Shown piece after piece: positions 49,560-61,553 of a stretch of 64,000 nt of DNA; the first letter of the stretch is position 1; each line of letters opens with the position of its first letter. Made by a program: the position numbers and the translations under genes. The DNA is from Mobula hypostoma. Taxonomy: Eukaryota. The stretch is taken from contig NC_086108.1 in assembly GCF_963921235.1 (NCBI RefSeq), positions 26,102,001 through 26,166,000 on the forward strand, given 5' to 3'. The notes under the pieces were generated by a model. That model did no database searches and was not told the origin of the DNA. It saw only the letters and a program-made list of their open reading frames with translations.

Positions 49560-50170
49560 CAACTACTTCCCCGTGACTGCAAAAAAAGTGCATAGGGATG
49601 CAGATGCAGCTCAGTATATCATGGGAAACAGCCTTCTAGTCATAGTCATAGTCATAGTCATAGTCATAGTCATAGTCATACTTTATTGATCCCGGGGGAA
49701 ATTGGTTAAATTGGTTAAAATTCTGTCCATGAAGGAGGAGTCATGGAGTGGATGTGAGAATGCTGTCTACGCTTCTCGCTGCCTCAGTAAAGCAGCCAAT
49801 ATAATCAAAGGTACTCCCTAGCCCAGACATTGTCTCTTGTCCCTTCTTCCATCAGGTAGAAGATTCAACAGCCTTAAGGCATTTAACACCAGGCTCAAGG
49901 ACAGTTTCTATCCTGTTGCTCTGTTATTGAATAGTTTCCTAGTATGATAAGGTACATGAGGCACATTATCTTGACCTCATAATGTACCTCATTGTGACCT
50001 TGTTCCTTACTGTCTCCCTGCACTGCATTTTTTCTGTACTGTAACATTTCATTCTGCATCTGTTACTGTTTTACTTTATACTACTTCAATGCCCTGCTGG
50101 AATGAATCGATCTTTATGGATGATATACAAGAAAAGATTTTCACTGTACCTCTGTACATGTGACAATAGC
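49560..50170 (+). mobile_element. Rex1/Babar 3' relic containing a tiny minus-strand Rex1 tail insertion (49637-49716)
   Basis: Host: cccttcttccatcaggtagaaga...accaggctcaaggacagtttcta. Insert: (TAGTCA)7-TACTTTATTGATCCCGGGGGAAATTGGTT. Confidence 0.7.
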
Positions 50171-50714
50171 ATAGGTATGCTTTGTTTGAATCTCTGGTAA
50201 AAATTGTGTTTGTGTTTAATTTATGTATATTTTGTGAATGCTGCTTATATGTGCTTGTGATACTGCTGCAGGTTTTTCAATGCATCGCTGCACATGACAA
50301 TAAAAAAAAAACCATTTTACAAATTAATTTATCCACAGAATCCCTCCCAATAACTTTTCCACCATTGATGCAAGGCCCACTTGCCTGTACTTTCCAGGCT
50401 TTATACTGCTGCCCTCCATAAGTAAAGGCATAATAATCCCTTTCTTATTTCTAAGGTCTACCCATACGACGTCCTTGCCCAACTTCAGGAATGTCCTTTC
50501 GGGAATTAGATGCCGATAGAGGCATGTGCAACTTCTCTTGAAGATACCTGGAGCATAGCCTGATGTTCACAATAATAGAATAACTATTCTTCTATATATA
50601 TAGATGTACATAAATAGATGCACATTTCTGACAACAATATATAAGATTATGAAAGGTAATGATGGGGTAAATAGTCAAAATCATTTTCCCATCGAAGGAG
50701 TATCAAAATAAAAC

Positions 50715-51085
50715 CTCTTTGAAACCTACTAAATATTAAAAGGCCTGGATATGGATATAGAGATAATGCTTTCAATGGTGAGACCAGAGAGCACAACATC
50801 AGAAAAGGAAGGCATCTCTTCAAAACAGAGATAACAAAGAAATTCTTTTGCCAGAGGGTAGTCAATCTGTGGAATTCATTGCCACAGACAGCTGTGGAGG
50901 CCAGGTCATTGGGTATATTTAAAGTGGAGGTTGATAGGTTCTTGGTTAGCAAGGGCACCAGAAGTTACGTGGAGAAAGCAGGAGAATGGGATTTGAGGGG
51001 GAAAATAAATTAACCATGATCGAATGGTAGAGTAAACGCAATTGGCCAAGTCGCCTAATTTTGCTCCTATGCCTTATGGTCTCAT
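50715..51085 (+). mobile_element. CR1 3' end
   Basis: gaaattcttttgccagagggtagtcaatctgtggaattcattgccacagacagctgtggaggcc...ccttatggtct. Confidence 0.8.
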
Positions 51086-51203
51086 GACAGAGCATAGGTT
51101 AAAGACAAGTGGAAGGAGTTAGAAAGGAGATCTGTGATTTTTTTTTTCACACAGGCAGTGGTTAATATCTGGAACATGCTATCAGAGGAGTTGATGGAAT
51201 CGG

Positions 51204-53981
51204 ATGCTTGCAGAGACTACAGATCAATACGTAGTGCAAAGAGGGGTGCGGTGGAGGGGGGTGTCATTGCACAAAAATAAATAGGTCCATGCATTACACT
51301 TCCTCCCCCTTTAGATTAATGCAACATTAACTGTATATGTACAAAACATTCAATTTCCCTTTCATAAACCATATTCCAAATAAACATGCTTTCACAATAA
51401 TAGTCCATAACTAAGTTCAGAATTCTAAAGGATCAGTCTTTTAGATGGTTCTCTGTTTCTTTCAGCATAGCACCTCTGGACATGTGGAATGGTATCAGGT
51501 TGGGTAGGCGTCGTGCCTAAGACAACGTTCTTGGCTCCCGCTGTCATGTGACATGATCATCACTGAGGGGCAATTCCGGTGACTGTAATGTGACCATCGT
51601 TGGATGGAATTGACTCAGGTGCGTTCTTTGGTTGAACATTCAGTATCTGGTCCACATGATGGCTTCATGACTGATCTCCAACATCCACTGTGTACATCAG
51701 TGGTCCAGTTCTTGTTGCTATCCTACCAGGTGTCTGATTGCTTTCTCCATAGTCGCATGCTAGGACTTCCTGTCCAATCTCAAAGCTCCTTGCTGATTCA
51801 CTTGGCAACTGGCTGAATTGTTTATTGTGTAGTGCCCTCCAGATGTCTGGTTTCAGGAGGTCTATAGAAGATCTCAGATTCCTGCCCATTAATAGCATTG
51901 CAGCTGTTTGATTTTTCTTGATGTAAAAAGATTTCCAATACACAAAAAGGAAATTGTCCACCTTGTACCATAGAGAAATGTACTCCTTGTCCATTGATTT
52001 AATGGACTTCCTGAAGGTTTGGATAAACCTTTCAGCTAACTCATTCATTGCTGGGTGGTGAGGAGCTGACTGGGTGGTGAGGAGCTGTCATTTTTCTTCA
52101 TGTAGAGTCAATTTCTTCTGATGTGTCTGATGTCATTCACAATTTGTTCTGGTAAGCTGTTTCTGGTGAAGATAGTCAGAGCGGAGAGTCTCTGCTGAGG
52201 TTGTTGACTTCATTAGTATAACCTCCGGCCGCTTCGAATGAGCACCCACAGCAATCAGAAACATGAAGTCCATGAATGGCCCAGCAAAATCAATATGTAC
52301 TCTCTGCTGTGGTGAAGACAGCTACTCCCAAGCCTGTGGAGGTGCATTTTCAATTTTTTTTACTATCCCGAACAGTTTTTGGCCAAGTCTTTGATCTGTT
52401 TATCTATTCCCTTCTTAAACACCTTTTCATTTTCATTAAGCAGCTGTGACAGTCTCTAGTTAGTGCTACCATTTGGGCTGCAGTTGCTGGTTGATGCCAC
52501 ACTGACAGCTTTGAATGAATGCCAGTCTAGTGAGATTTTTCTCAACCACTCACATCTGAAAAGTGCTGGCCCTCCACTTTTCAATATATAAAGATCTAAC
52601 TGCTGTGTTTGGCTGCCATACATCACATTTACCTTCAGTTTGCCTTTGGGAGACATTTTCACCTGTGTAAGTCTTTAGCATCTCTGCAGTCTTCTCAAAT
52701 GGTATCTTAGAAAACAGTCTGTTGTAGTCAGCCTCCGGAATTATGGACAAAGCTGACATTGTATCCAGCTCCATTTTCAGTTTCACAACAGACGCATCTA
52801 TTGTGATCTAAATGATTTTGTGATCTCCTTCAGTTATACTATGCAGTTCTATGCATGACAGTTTATCTTTTTCAGACTCTATGTTGTCTGATTCTGTTTT
52901 ACATTTGGTAATTTTATGCATTTGCTTAGTTTTGTGTTCAAGACTTTTCACTTGGTTGTGCTTTTTGTCTGCCTTACACATTCTCTCTATGGACCTTGTC
53001 TGATACATTCTGCAGACTTTTTCTTTGAACACATAGTCATTGACATCATGGGAGGATTTGCCACATTAATAATATCTTTGGCTTCTTGCACTATTCGGGG
53101 ACATTTTGTGCATTTCACATTCTATCTTCCTTATCTGTAGTTCTGCTGTATCTTTTGTTGCAGTCTCTAATGATATTGCAATGGTCAATGCCTGTTCTAA
53201 GGTTAGGTCTCTTTCGGACAGTAGCCTCTTCTGAGAGCTTTGACTGTGCATGCCACATACAAGCCTGTCCCTTAATGCATCAGAAAGTCCCTCTCACAGT
53301 ATTGGGAAAATTTGCACAGTTATGCAATGTATTCAGAAATGCTTTCATCCTTTGACTGGTTCCTTTTGTAAAATCTATATCTTTCTGTTATTACTAGTGG
53401 TTTAGGGCTCAAGCGATTTTGTAAAATTGTAACAATTTTATCGAACATCTTGCTTGCTGGCTTTTCAGGGGTTACTAAGTTGTGCAACAGACTGTACATT
53501 CTTGGGCCCATTGAGCTAAGAACTGTAGAGGGTTTCTTTTGCTGCTCATGTTGTTTGCGTTTCAATACAGTTCCACCCTCTCGATTAGTGTTATGGAGTT
53601 CATCAACTTTCCCATCTGAAACCATCACTACATTACTTTCACTTTAAATTCAGCACATCTTTCACTGTGCACTATTCACTGTACTCACATGTCTGTTAGC
53701 TTCTGTGACAGCTTTCTTGTGTTGTTTAACTCTCGCTGTTTTGACCTGTAACTGTCAGTGCAGTTCATGATATTTTCAGACATTTAAGTTCAGACTCATT
53801 GCCAATTGGTTGTGTCTGTACACAAGTACGTATTGATTAAATAAAAGCTCACACACAGGAGATGGCTTTAACTGGTATATTCACATTGACAGAGAGAGAG
53901 AGAAAGAAAAGCACATGCACAGACACCAGATCACTACGTAGTGCAAAGGGAGGGATCATTGCTCTAGGTCCATACATTACA
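51204..53981 (-). mobile_element. Gypsy (Mag-like) LTR retrotransposon, internally deleted, copy 2
   Basis: Same LTR family as 3279-5976 (full LTR ~53807-53981, truncated LTR ~51204-51298). PPT complement CTTCCTCCCCC. Relics of gag (PKPLVITERYRFYKRNQ; QKRLLSERDLTLEQA), protease (MELDTMSALSII) and integrase (NELAERFIQTFRK). Confidence 0.9.
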
Positions 53982-54326
53982 GTTGGCATGTACACGGTGT
54001 CCAGTGGAACTGCTTCTGTGCTGCACACTCAGAGTCTAGCTAGGCTTTAGTTTCAGTAAGTTCGTGCAGTGTTCAGAACGACGAATGAAGGAGGAGCCTG
54101 CCTCTGGACTGCATCCCTCGGCACCCCATACATTCAGTCTTGAGCACATTGATAGTAGTCTCCACCTTGATCCTAAGCACTCTGTAACTGCTGTCCTGCG
54201 GTACAGCTAGACTGAAGTGAAGTGATATACATGGAGAAGAAAAGTAGTGCATCAGATGAAACAGAGGAGGCAAAGTGAACTGCCTCAAGATGAAAGAGTT
54301 GTACTATAATCCAAAGTGCATAATTT

Positions 54327-54850
54327 ATCATGGGTAAATGTGTCCCCACTATTGAGAACATCTATATGGAATGCTGTCGCAGGAAAGCAACATCAATCAT
54401 CAGGGACCCCCATGACCAAGGTCATGCTCTCTTCTCACTGCTGCCATCAAAAAGAAGGTACAGGAGCCCAAGGAGTCATACCAGTAGGTTCAGGAACAGT
54501 TACTACCCCCAGTCATCAAGCTCCTGACTCAGAGGGGATAACTTGACTTAGCTTCACTTGCCCATCACTGAACTGTTCTCTCAACCTATGGACTCACTTT
54601 CAAGGACTGTTCATTTCATGGTCTCAATATTTATTGCTTATTTATTATTATTATTTAATTTCTTTTTGTATTTGCACAGATTGTTGTCTTTTGCACACCA
54701 GGTTGTCCACACTGTTAATGTGGTCTTTCATTTATTCTGTTATGAATATTGGATTTATTGAGGATGCTTGCAAGAAAATGAGTCTCAGGTTGTATTTGGT
54801 GACATATGTTTACTTTGATAGTAAATTGACATTGAACCTTAAGCTTTGAT
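54327..54850 (+). mobile_element. Rex1/Babar 3' end
   Basis: PTIENIYMECCRRKATSIIRDPHDQGHALFSLLPSKRRYRS...RFRNSYYP. Confidence 0.8.
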
Positions 54851-55275
54851 GAACCAAAGAATGTACTGGTGAAGGTAACACATTATCTCAGCATAGAAGT
54901 GACAACCTTTTCAGTTAGCAAGAAATTCCATGTTGATACAGTTCCCTGAGTACCACAAGCATATATATATAAAAATAGGAGCAGGCATAGGTGCCCTTAA
55001 ATCCTCTTCTGCACCAGTTCCACACAAACTTCAATACCTCAATCTTTTAAATATTTATCTATAGTATGTCGACCTTAAATATTTCTAATGTTCTGGCCTT
55101 CACACCCTTAGAGACAGAGAATTCCATAGAATCACCACCTTTGAGAGAAGAATGTCTCTGCACTTCAGATTTCAGTTGTGTTCCTTATTTTGTAGCTACT
55201 TTGTAATTCTTCCGTTAGTGGAAACATCTCAACCTCTACCCTATCAAAATAAGTCTTCTACACTATAAGGAAAAC

Positions 55276-55533
55276 TGTAGTGTATTTAATATTTTGGTGA
55301 TACTTGAGTAATATTGTAAATATATTGTTTGATTAAGCATTCATTGTTGTTTACATAATTCATTATGTTTATATGTAAAAGTGCATGAATGGCTTGTGTC
55401 ATTATGCAACCTTCGTCATAAGTGAGCACCTTACTAAAATAAAAGGGAAAAGAAACTAAGTAGACCAGTTACTTAACCTCCTGTGTTGTTTTATTTTTCT
55501 TTTGGTTGGCTTCTGGAATTACAAAACATAACA
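55276..55533. mobile_element. Solo LTR, 258 bp, inside a minus-strand CR1 relic (~54970-55555)
   Basis: Termini TGTAGTGT...ACATAACA with a 5-bp TSD AAAAC (55271-55275, 55534-55538). Removal restores a CR1-like LGLFSL...RRL sequence on the minus strand. Confidence 0.8.
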
Positions 55534-57349
55534 AAAACAAGCCCAGATTGTCTTTCCTCCCTTGACTGGGCAACTCTCTCTTCCCTTGGACGCAGTCTAT
55601 TCTTCCTCAAGCACAGGGATTGTTCATGTCTGCTTTTCTCTTCTACCTGATTACACTTTTCCTTCTTAAAGAGTGGATACTATTTCCTGCTTAAATTGAA
55701 TACAGAGGTAAGTTGCAAACTTTCAACAAATGGCAGAAATCAACCAATGCTATTTGGTAAGATTCTGAGGCCAAGGAGAGCTCCAGTAATAGAGTCACGG
55801 CGGGGTGGTGCTGCTGGAGTCTGTAGAAGCTGGGAGGTCTTATTCACCAGTGCCTTACATTTATTACAACACAGAGAGGCCCATTAGCTCCATGTTCACT
55901 CTTAGCAGAGCAATCCCATCAGAACACTCACCCTTTTATTTCCCTGTAACACATTCTCAGTCATGTGCTCATCATTTCTCTTTGATATTTATTTGCTACC
56001 TATCCATAACTGGGATAATTGACTGTATCTGGTTAACCTACCTGCACATCTTTGGGATGTTGGGGGAAACATTCACACTGTACCACTGGAGCTGTGAGAC
56101 AATAGATTGTTCCAGAAAAATGTTTAAGAATGAGGATCCTGAATGATCCATGGGAGGATGGACTATTCTGGTCAGTATCCTTGTTTCCCATTTCCATCTA
56201 TCTCCTCTGTAAGGTTGGTCTTTCTTGTAGTCTCACTCTTCTTGCCCCAATCATGTTGATGGGCACATGAGAACATGCTGAAAGCGACAGAAAAATCTGT
56301 TCCATATTAAGAATGGCTTGCACCCCCAGAATCATTGCAACTCTAAATATAACTGATATTACTCAAACAGACTCACTGTCAGGGGTCCAAGAAAGTGATT
56401 AACAGAGAGAATAGTTGGTATCTGGAATGTATTGTCACAAGGAATGAAGGAATCAAATTCATTTGCTACATTCAAATTTATTTGCAGACATTTAAATCAG
56501 CAAAGCACAGAATGTTACAGAATTAATGCAGGCAAATGGGATTAGTGTTGTGGGCAGAAGGGGAACATGTTGGACTAAGGAGCCCATTTCTTAGCTGTAT
56601 GACACTATGACTCTGTGCCTCGGGTAATGATATGTCTTTAAGTAGTGCAGTATGAGCCTTGTTGTAACTGTCTGCACATGGTTTCTTACTTGTGGCCCAC
56701 ACCAGGATTTAATTGCATAAACTTTAAACAACTTCACAGAGGTAAGGTCATTATGCACATTCTGCATGATAACTGATGTCACTTCCACGGTGTGCTGAGC
56801 ATAAACACAAGGTTAAGGTATTTAGTTATGCAGAGCAAATGATTGTGCATTTAATATTACCATTCAGTCCGATAATATTTATAAAGCATCCAAAATGCAA
56901 TTGAATTTCTGGGCTATTAGTTCATCATTCCTCCCTAACTTGCACTCCCTCCTTAGGTCATTACCAGTGGTGTGCTGGCATGCTAGGATTAAAATCCTTG
57001 CTCTCCTTCATTGATATGCCAGTTCTTTCTGCAGCCAGGGATAAATCGACAGCTGGCAAGAGTAGTAAGACCATGCGCGCTTTCCTTTACTGTCACAGTC
57101 AGCACTTAAAGGCTGTCTACACAGAAATAATATTGAAAGTAAATCAATGAGGACTTCTTTCGCCCAAAGCCATCCACAAATAATGTTCTTTCACCATGAC
57201 TAATGACTAAGCCAAATAGCAAATTTCTGGCTCACGATCTTAAGAATAAAGTTATTGCTGTTGAAAAGGCTTGTCTGACCTGTTGAGAATGAGTTAGGTG
57301 GAAATCACTGGGATTGGCTGGGGTGTGAAGGAAGGGAGGAAGACAATAA

Positions 57350-57735
57350 AACCACAAGATATAGAAGCAGAATTAAGCCATTTGGCCCATCAAAGCTGAT
57401 TCGCTATTTCATCATGGCTGATCCATTTTCCTCTCGGCCCCAATCTCCTGCCTTCTCTCTGTATCCCTTGACCAAGCACGAATCTATCAACCTCTGCCTT
57501 AAATATACCCAATGACCTGGCCTCCACTGCCGCCTGTGGCAATGAATTCCATAGATCCACTACTCTATGGCTAAAGAAATTCACTCTCATCCTCTTTCTA
57601 AAAGGACACTCCTCTACTCTGAGGCTGTGCCCTCCGGTCTTAGACTCCCCCACCATAGGAAGCATCCTGTTCACATGCACTCTATCGAGGGCATTCAAAA
57701 TGGAATAGGTTTCAATGAAATCACCCCTCATGCTT
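57350..57735 (-). mobile_element. CR1 3' end
   Basis: MRGDFIETYSILNALDRV...NFFSHRVVDLWNSLP. Confidence 0.85.
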
Positions 57736-58252
57736 AAGCAGGAGACATGATCAGGAAGGAGCTGAAAAAAGGCCATCTATAGGCTTTGCTACAGATTTGA
57801 AAGTAGTTGATGTTTTTTAATCAAAGGCCCAAATAGATAAATTCATAATCTGTTTCAAACTGAGATCAAAAGGTTTGTGTCAAAGTAACAGGAGGGGAAA
57901 AAATGAAGAAACTGCCATGACTTACTTTCCATGTTAACCCCACAAAACAAGCAAGTGATCAGTAACATTTCTCCTCTTGATCGCAGAAGGCTGCTGCACA
58001 ACATATTTGTTGCATCTCAGCTTTTCTCCAAATTAAATTCAATTATGGAATTAACACAAGTTGTTCTTATATTTTTGAGAAATACAAGATTAATTAATGA
58101 CACACAGTTGGAGCTCCCTAAACAAAATGTACTTGGACTTAGAGATATTCTAAGAACAGAATGTCCAGAACTATATGCAGCAGACCAAACAAGTACTTAT
58201 GGTATTGGACAGAATTACTTAATTCATAATGTAGCTTAGAAATGAAAACTAA

Positions 58253-58378
58253 CTGAAGAGTTTTGGCCTGAAATGTTGACTATATTTTTTCCATAGATGC
58301 TGCCTGGCCTGCTAAGTTCCTCCAGCATTTTGTGTGTGTTGCTCGGATTTCCAGCATCTGCAGATTTTCTCTTGTTTG
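58253..58378 (+). mobile_element. Penelope-like terminal repeat, CpG-decayed
   Basis: TGAAGAGTTTTGGCCTGAAATGTTGAC...GATGCTGCCTGGCCTGCTAAGTTCCTCCAGC...CCAGCATCTGCAG. Confidence 0.75.
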
Positions 58379-61300
58379 TTGCTAAATGAGACAATTCCTG
58401 TCAGATGCTGTATTAAATACTTTAACAAACATATCTAACTCTATTTTTACTGTAAGTATTCGTCAATTACACCGTAACCCTGTGTTCATAGCATTCAGTT
58501 ATCTGCATTACGAATATAATCTGTCTCTCTTTCAGGCATAATGCTCGGCAGGCTTTCTGCTTCCAAGCTGGCCTTCATTCTTGGCATGGCAAGCTGTGAA
58601 GTGTTGACCAAACTGCAAATCAACTCCCTTCTATAATTTCTCTTCAGCAAATAATGGAAAGGAAATGCTGCTCAATGGAACTGCTGGCTCAGCTTCTGCG
58701 CAGGAAGTTAAAGAACATTATTCAAATAACAGAATTTGTTGGAACATTAGTTTTACTCATTTTCTTCCCAGTGCTTAAACATCACTTGGCAACCTACAAT
58801 AGCTGAACTTTACTTGGTAATTGGCTACAATAGCAGAATTGAAACCAAGCATTTGCTCTGAGTAATTGCAAGAGAACTGGTATATGCCATCTGTCCATTC
58901 TACGGAATTGTTGTATCATTAGAAACAGTTCAAGGGTTGAAACTGTGGCCTCAGGCAAAATATCTCTGAATAATGCTTGTATACTCTGAACTGCTTGTTG
59001 GATTGGCTTTACGGTAACAGGATTACATTGCTGAAGGGAGAAACTAGCAATAGATTTTCAATGACTTAAAATAACTACTGAAAATAATAATTGAAGTATT
59101 ATCTAAAGCACAGATACATCCTCTCAAATGTAGACTCACAGGGTACATCTGCAATGTGATACAGCTGCGAATGGCAGCAAAAATAGTGGTTCAATACATA
59201 AACTACTGGTCTGGTAATCTAAAAGCCTGGACTTAAATTTCAATTATAACAATGAAGAAATTTAAACAAAGTGAATTTGAGTCTTTTGAAAAAGAAGTCT
59301 CAGAAGTTGTGACAAGGAAAATGCGGCTGTTATCAAAACCCATCTGCTTCATTGATACCCTTCAGCTACATCAATATAATTTAAATTCCTATCTTGACTC
59401 AAGATCCATAACACAGGCATCAACTCATATTTGCCTCCTCAAGGGCAATTAGCAACAGATGAAAACTTTGGCTTTGGCACTGATGCCAATATTAACTAAG
59501 TAAAAATAGTTTACAAAACAATGTACCCTCAACATAGCATAAGTCCTTTGAAGAGAATTTTTCAGAATAAGGCCATGTTGGAATGTTCTGGTGATTATAT
59601 CCAGGCCATTTATCATCACTTTGGCTCAAAATCTGCACCATAGATGAATGAACAAATTGTTGAGATTGGCTTGAAGTTGTGACTGGCAGTGTTTTAAAGA
59701 ATGGAGAACCAATCAGTCTTGATATCACAAACCATGCCTGGAATTTCTGGTCAAGATCAAATGTGGCAGAGAAGCTTAAAGCTGATGGAAATTTATTTGG
59801 GTCTGACGGAGGTCCAATTTGCAAGCCACTTGTTGACATATGCTTAATAGAAAACAGACTGCTCCCACTTCAACACAAATGTTAATGGTTCTCCACAACT
59901 CCCTAGACCAGCTAATGTCTTCTCACATTACTTTGGTATCATTAATCACATATCCATATTGTTCTTGTCTACAGGGGACTAAACCAAAAAGGAAATGTGA
60001 GATCCAAACAAAACAAAAAAGATAAAACATGATTGACACTACTGAGGGACCAATATCAATCTGCATCTGAAAGATCAATACAGACTTTGGGCCACATTTA
60101 TGCCAGAGTTGCACTGGTTCTTGATCAGAGATGAGAAAGGCAGTCAGTATCTTGGAGGTAATTCATTCCAATTTAAAGAATTTATTCTGAATGTATTTGG
60201 TAAGGCAGAAATAAATTATAGCAACTAAGTGGCAATAGTTCACAAAAATAGACTGAAGACTGACCATAAAGGACAGAAAATATCACTAAGAAATGATTCA
60301 TTGCACACAACTTCCAATAATGCTGTTGCATTTGAATAAGCGAATATGGATGCTTAATAAGTCCCAATGAATGTGAACATTGTTGATATTCCAGCCAAAC
60401 TAATGAGGTTCAACGTATTGCATTGTGACCTCCTAATAAATAAATCACCATCCTCCATCCACAGTACTCGGTGACCTACTGCAACATTCGCCATCAATCA
60501 TGGCCTTTCAAACTGAGATTCAACTCTCAGCTTTCGTAACTGCAGTTGGAGATCAGTCAGGAGACTGATTACTTGATACCTCTAAGGTTTTCACTAATCT
60601 TTCATGAAAGTTAAGACAGCCTTAGTAGAGTATCCCAGAGGAAATTTCCTGCAAATAAATCTGAGGTGTTTCTAATAAAAGAACTCAGATAGTGAACTTT
60701 TTGCTAAACAAATTCTGAACACACGACTAGGCTTAAAACTTACAAAAGACAATCTCAGAGTGAACAGAAATAAACGAGAAATTGAACGTGGGACATAATT
60801 TACATTTGGATCTGATCAGTAGAATTTCTGGTCAACCTGCACTTAGAACAGAATTATAATTCTAAACTAGTAAAACCTGTGTTGAATGATAATTGCACAG
60901 GAGGAGATACTTTACTCTCCCTAGCAACAGTGACATGGTGATTTCATCCTAGCATGTAGCTATTTGATCCTAATGTCTTTCCTTTTTGTCTAATTGCTTA
61001 GGTATCGTTCACTTATTCAAGTGGAATAGTATTATTTATAATTGTATGCAACTAAGAGTGTGTTCATTACATTCTCAATGGTCTTATGATCAGTCCTCAT
61101 TCTCTTTTATCGACGTGTATATCAAACCATTGTCCCAAACGTGCTTTGATTTATTTCTATGTTAAAGACCTACAAAAATACTCAAAACTAACAATGAATA
61201 AGTGGAATGCATCAATTTGACTGTGACTATCCTTTCCATACCAGCTATGATTTCTGAGTTAAGTATAATCCAAATGCTGTTCCTTTGTTTAAGTTAAGCT

Positions 61301-61553
61301 GCAGTTCAACCATGGATCCCTCAACAATACCAATCAAAGTCATTGCTTGCTGGGTACCTATTTGGCTGACAAGTATAGAAGGCATCATGTAGAGTAGTAC
61401 AACACAAGAGCAGGCCCTTCAGTCCATGATGTTCCAAGCTAATTCAATAAGTATTCATTCCCCTAACTAAACTCATCCTTCCTGCCTCAATAATGTTATT
61501 TTTCCCTCCACTCCCTGCATATTTATATACCGATCTAAAAGCCTATTAAATAC

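Noticed and set aside
52051..52090. 19-bp tandem duplication CTGGGTGGTGAGGAGCTGA
   Set aside because: A local duplication within a dead integrase, with no functional indication.
59492..59885. Overlapping 115-aa and 68-aa ORFs in unique sequence
   Set aside because: No recognisable protein motif or exon boundaries.
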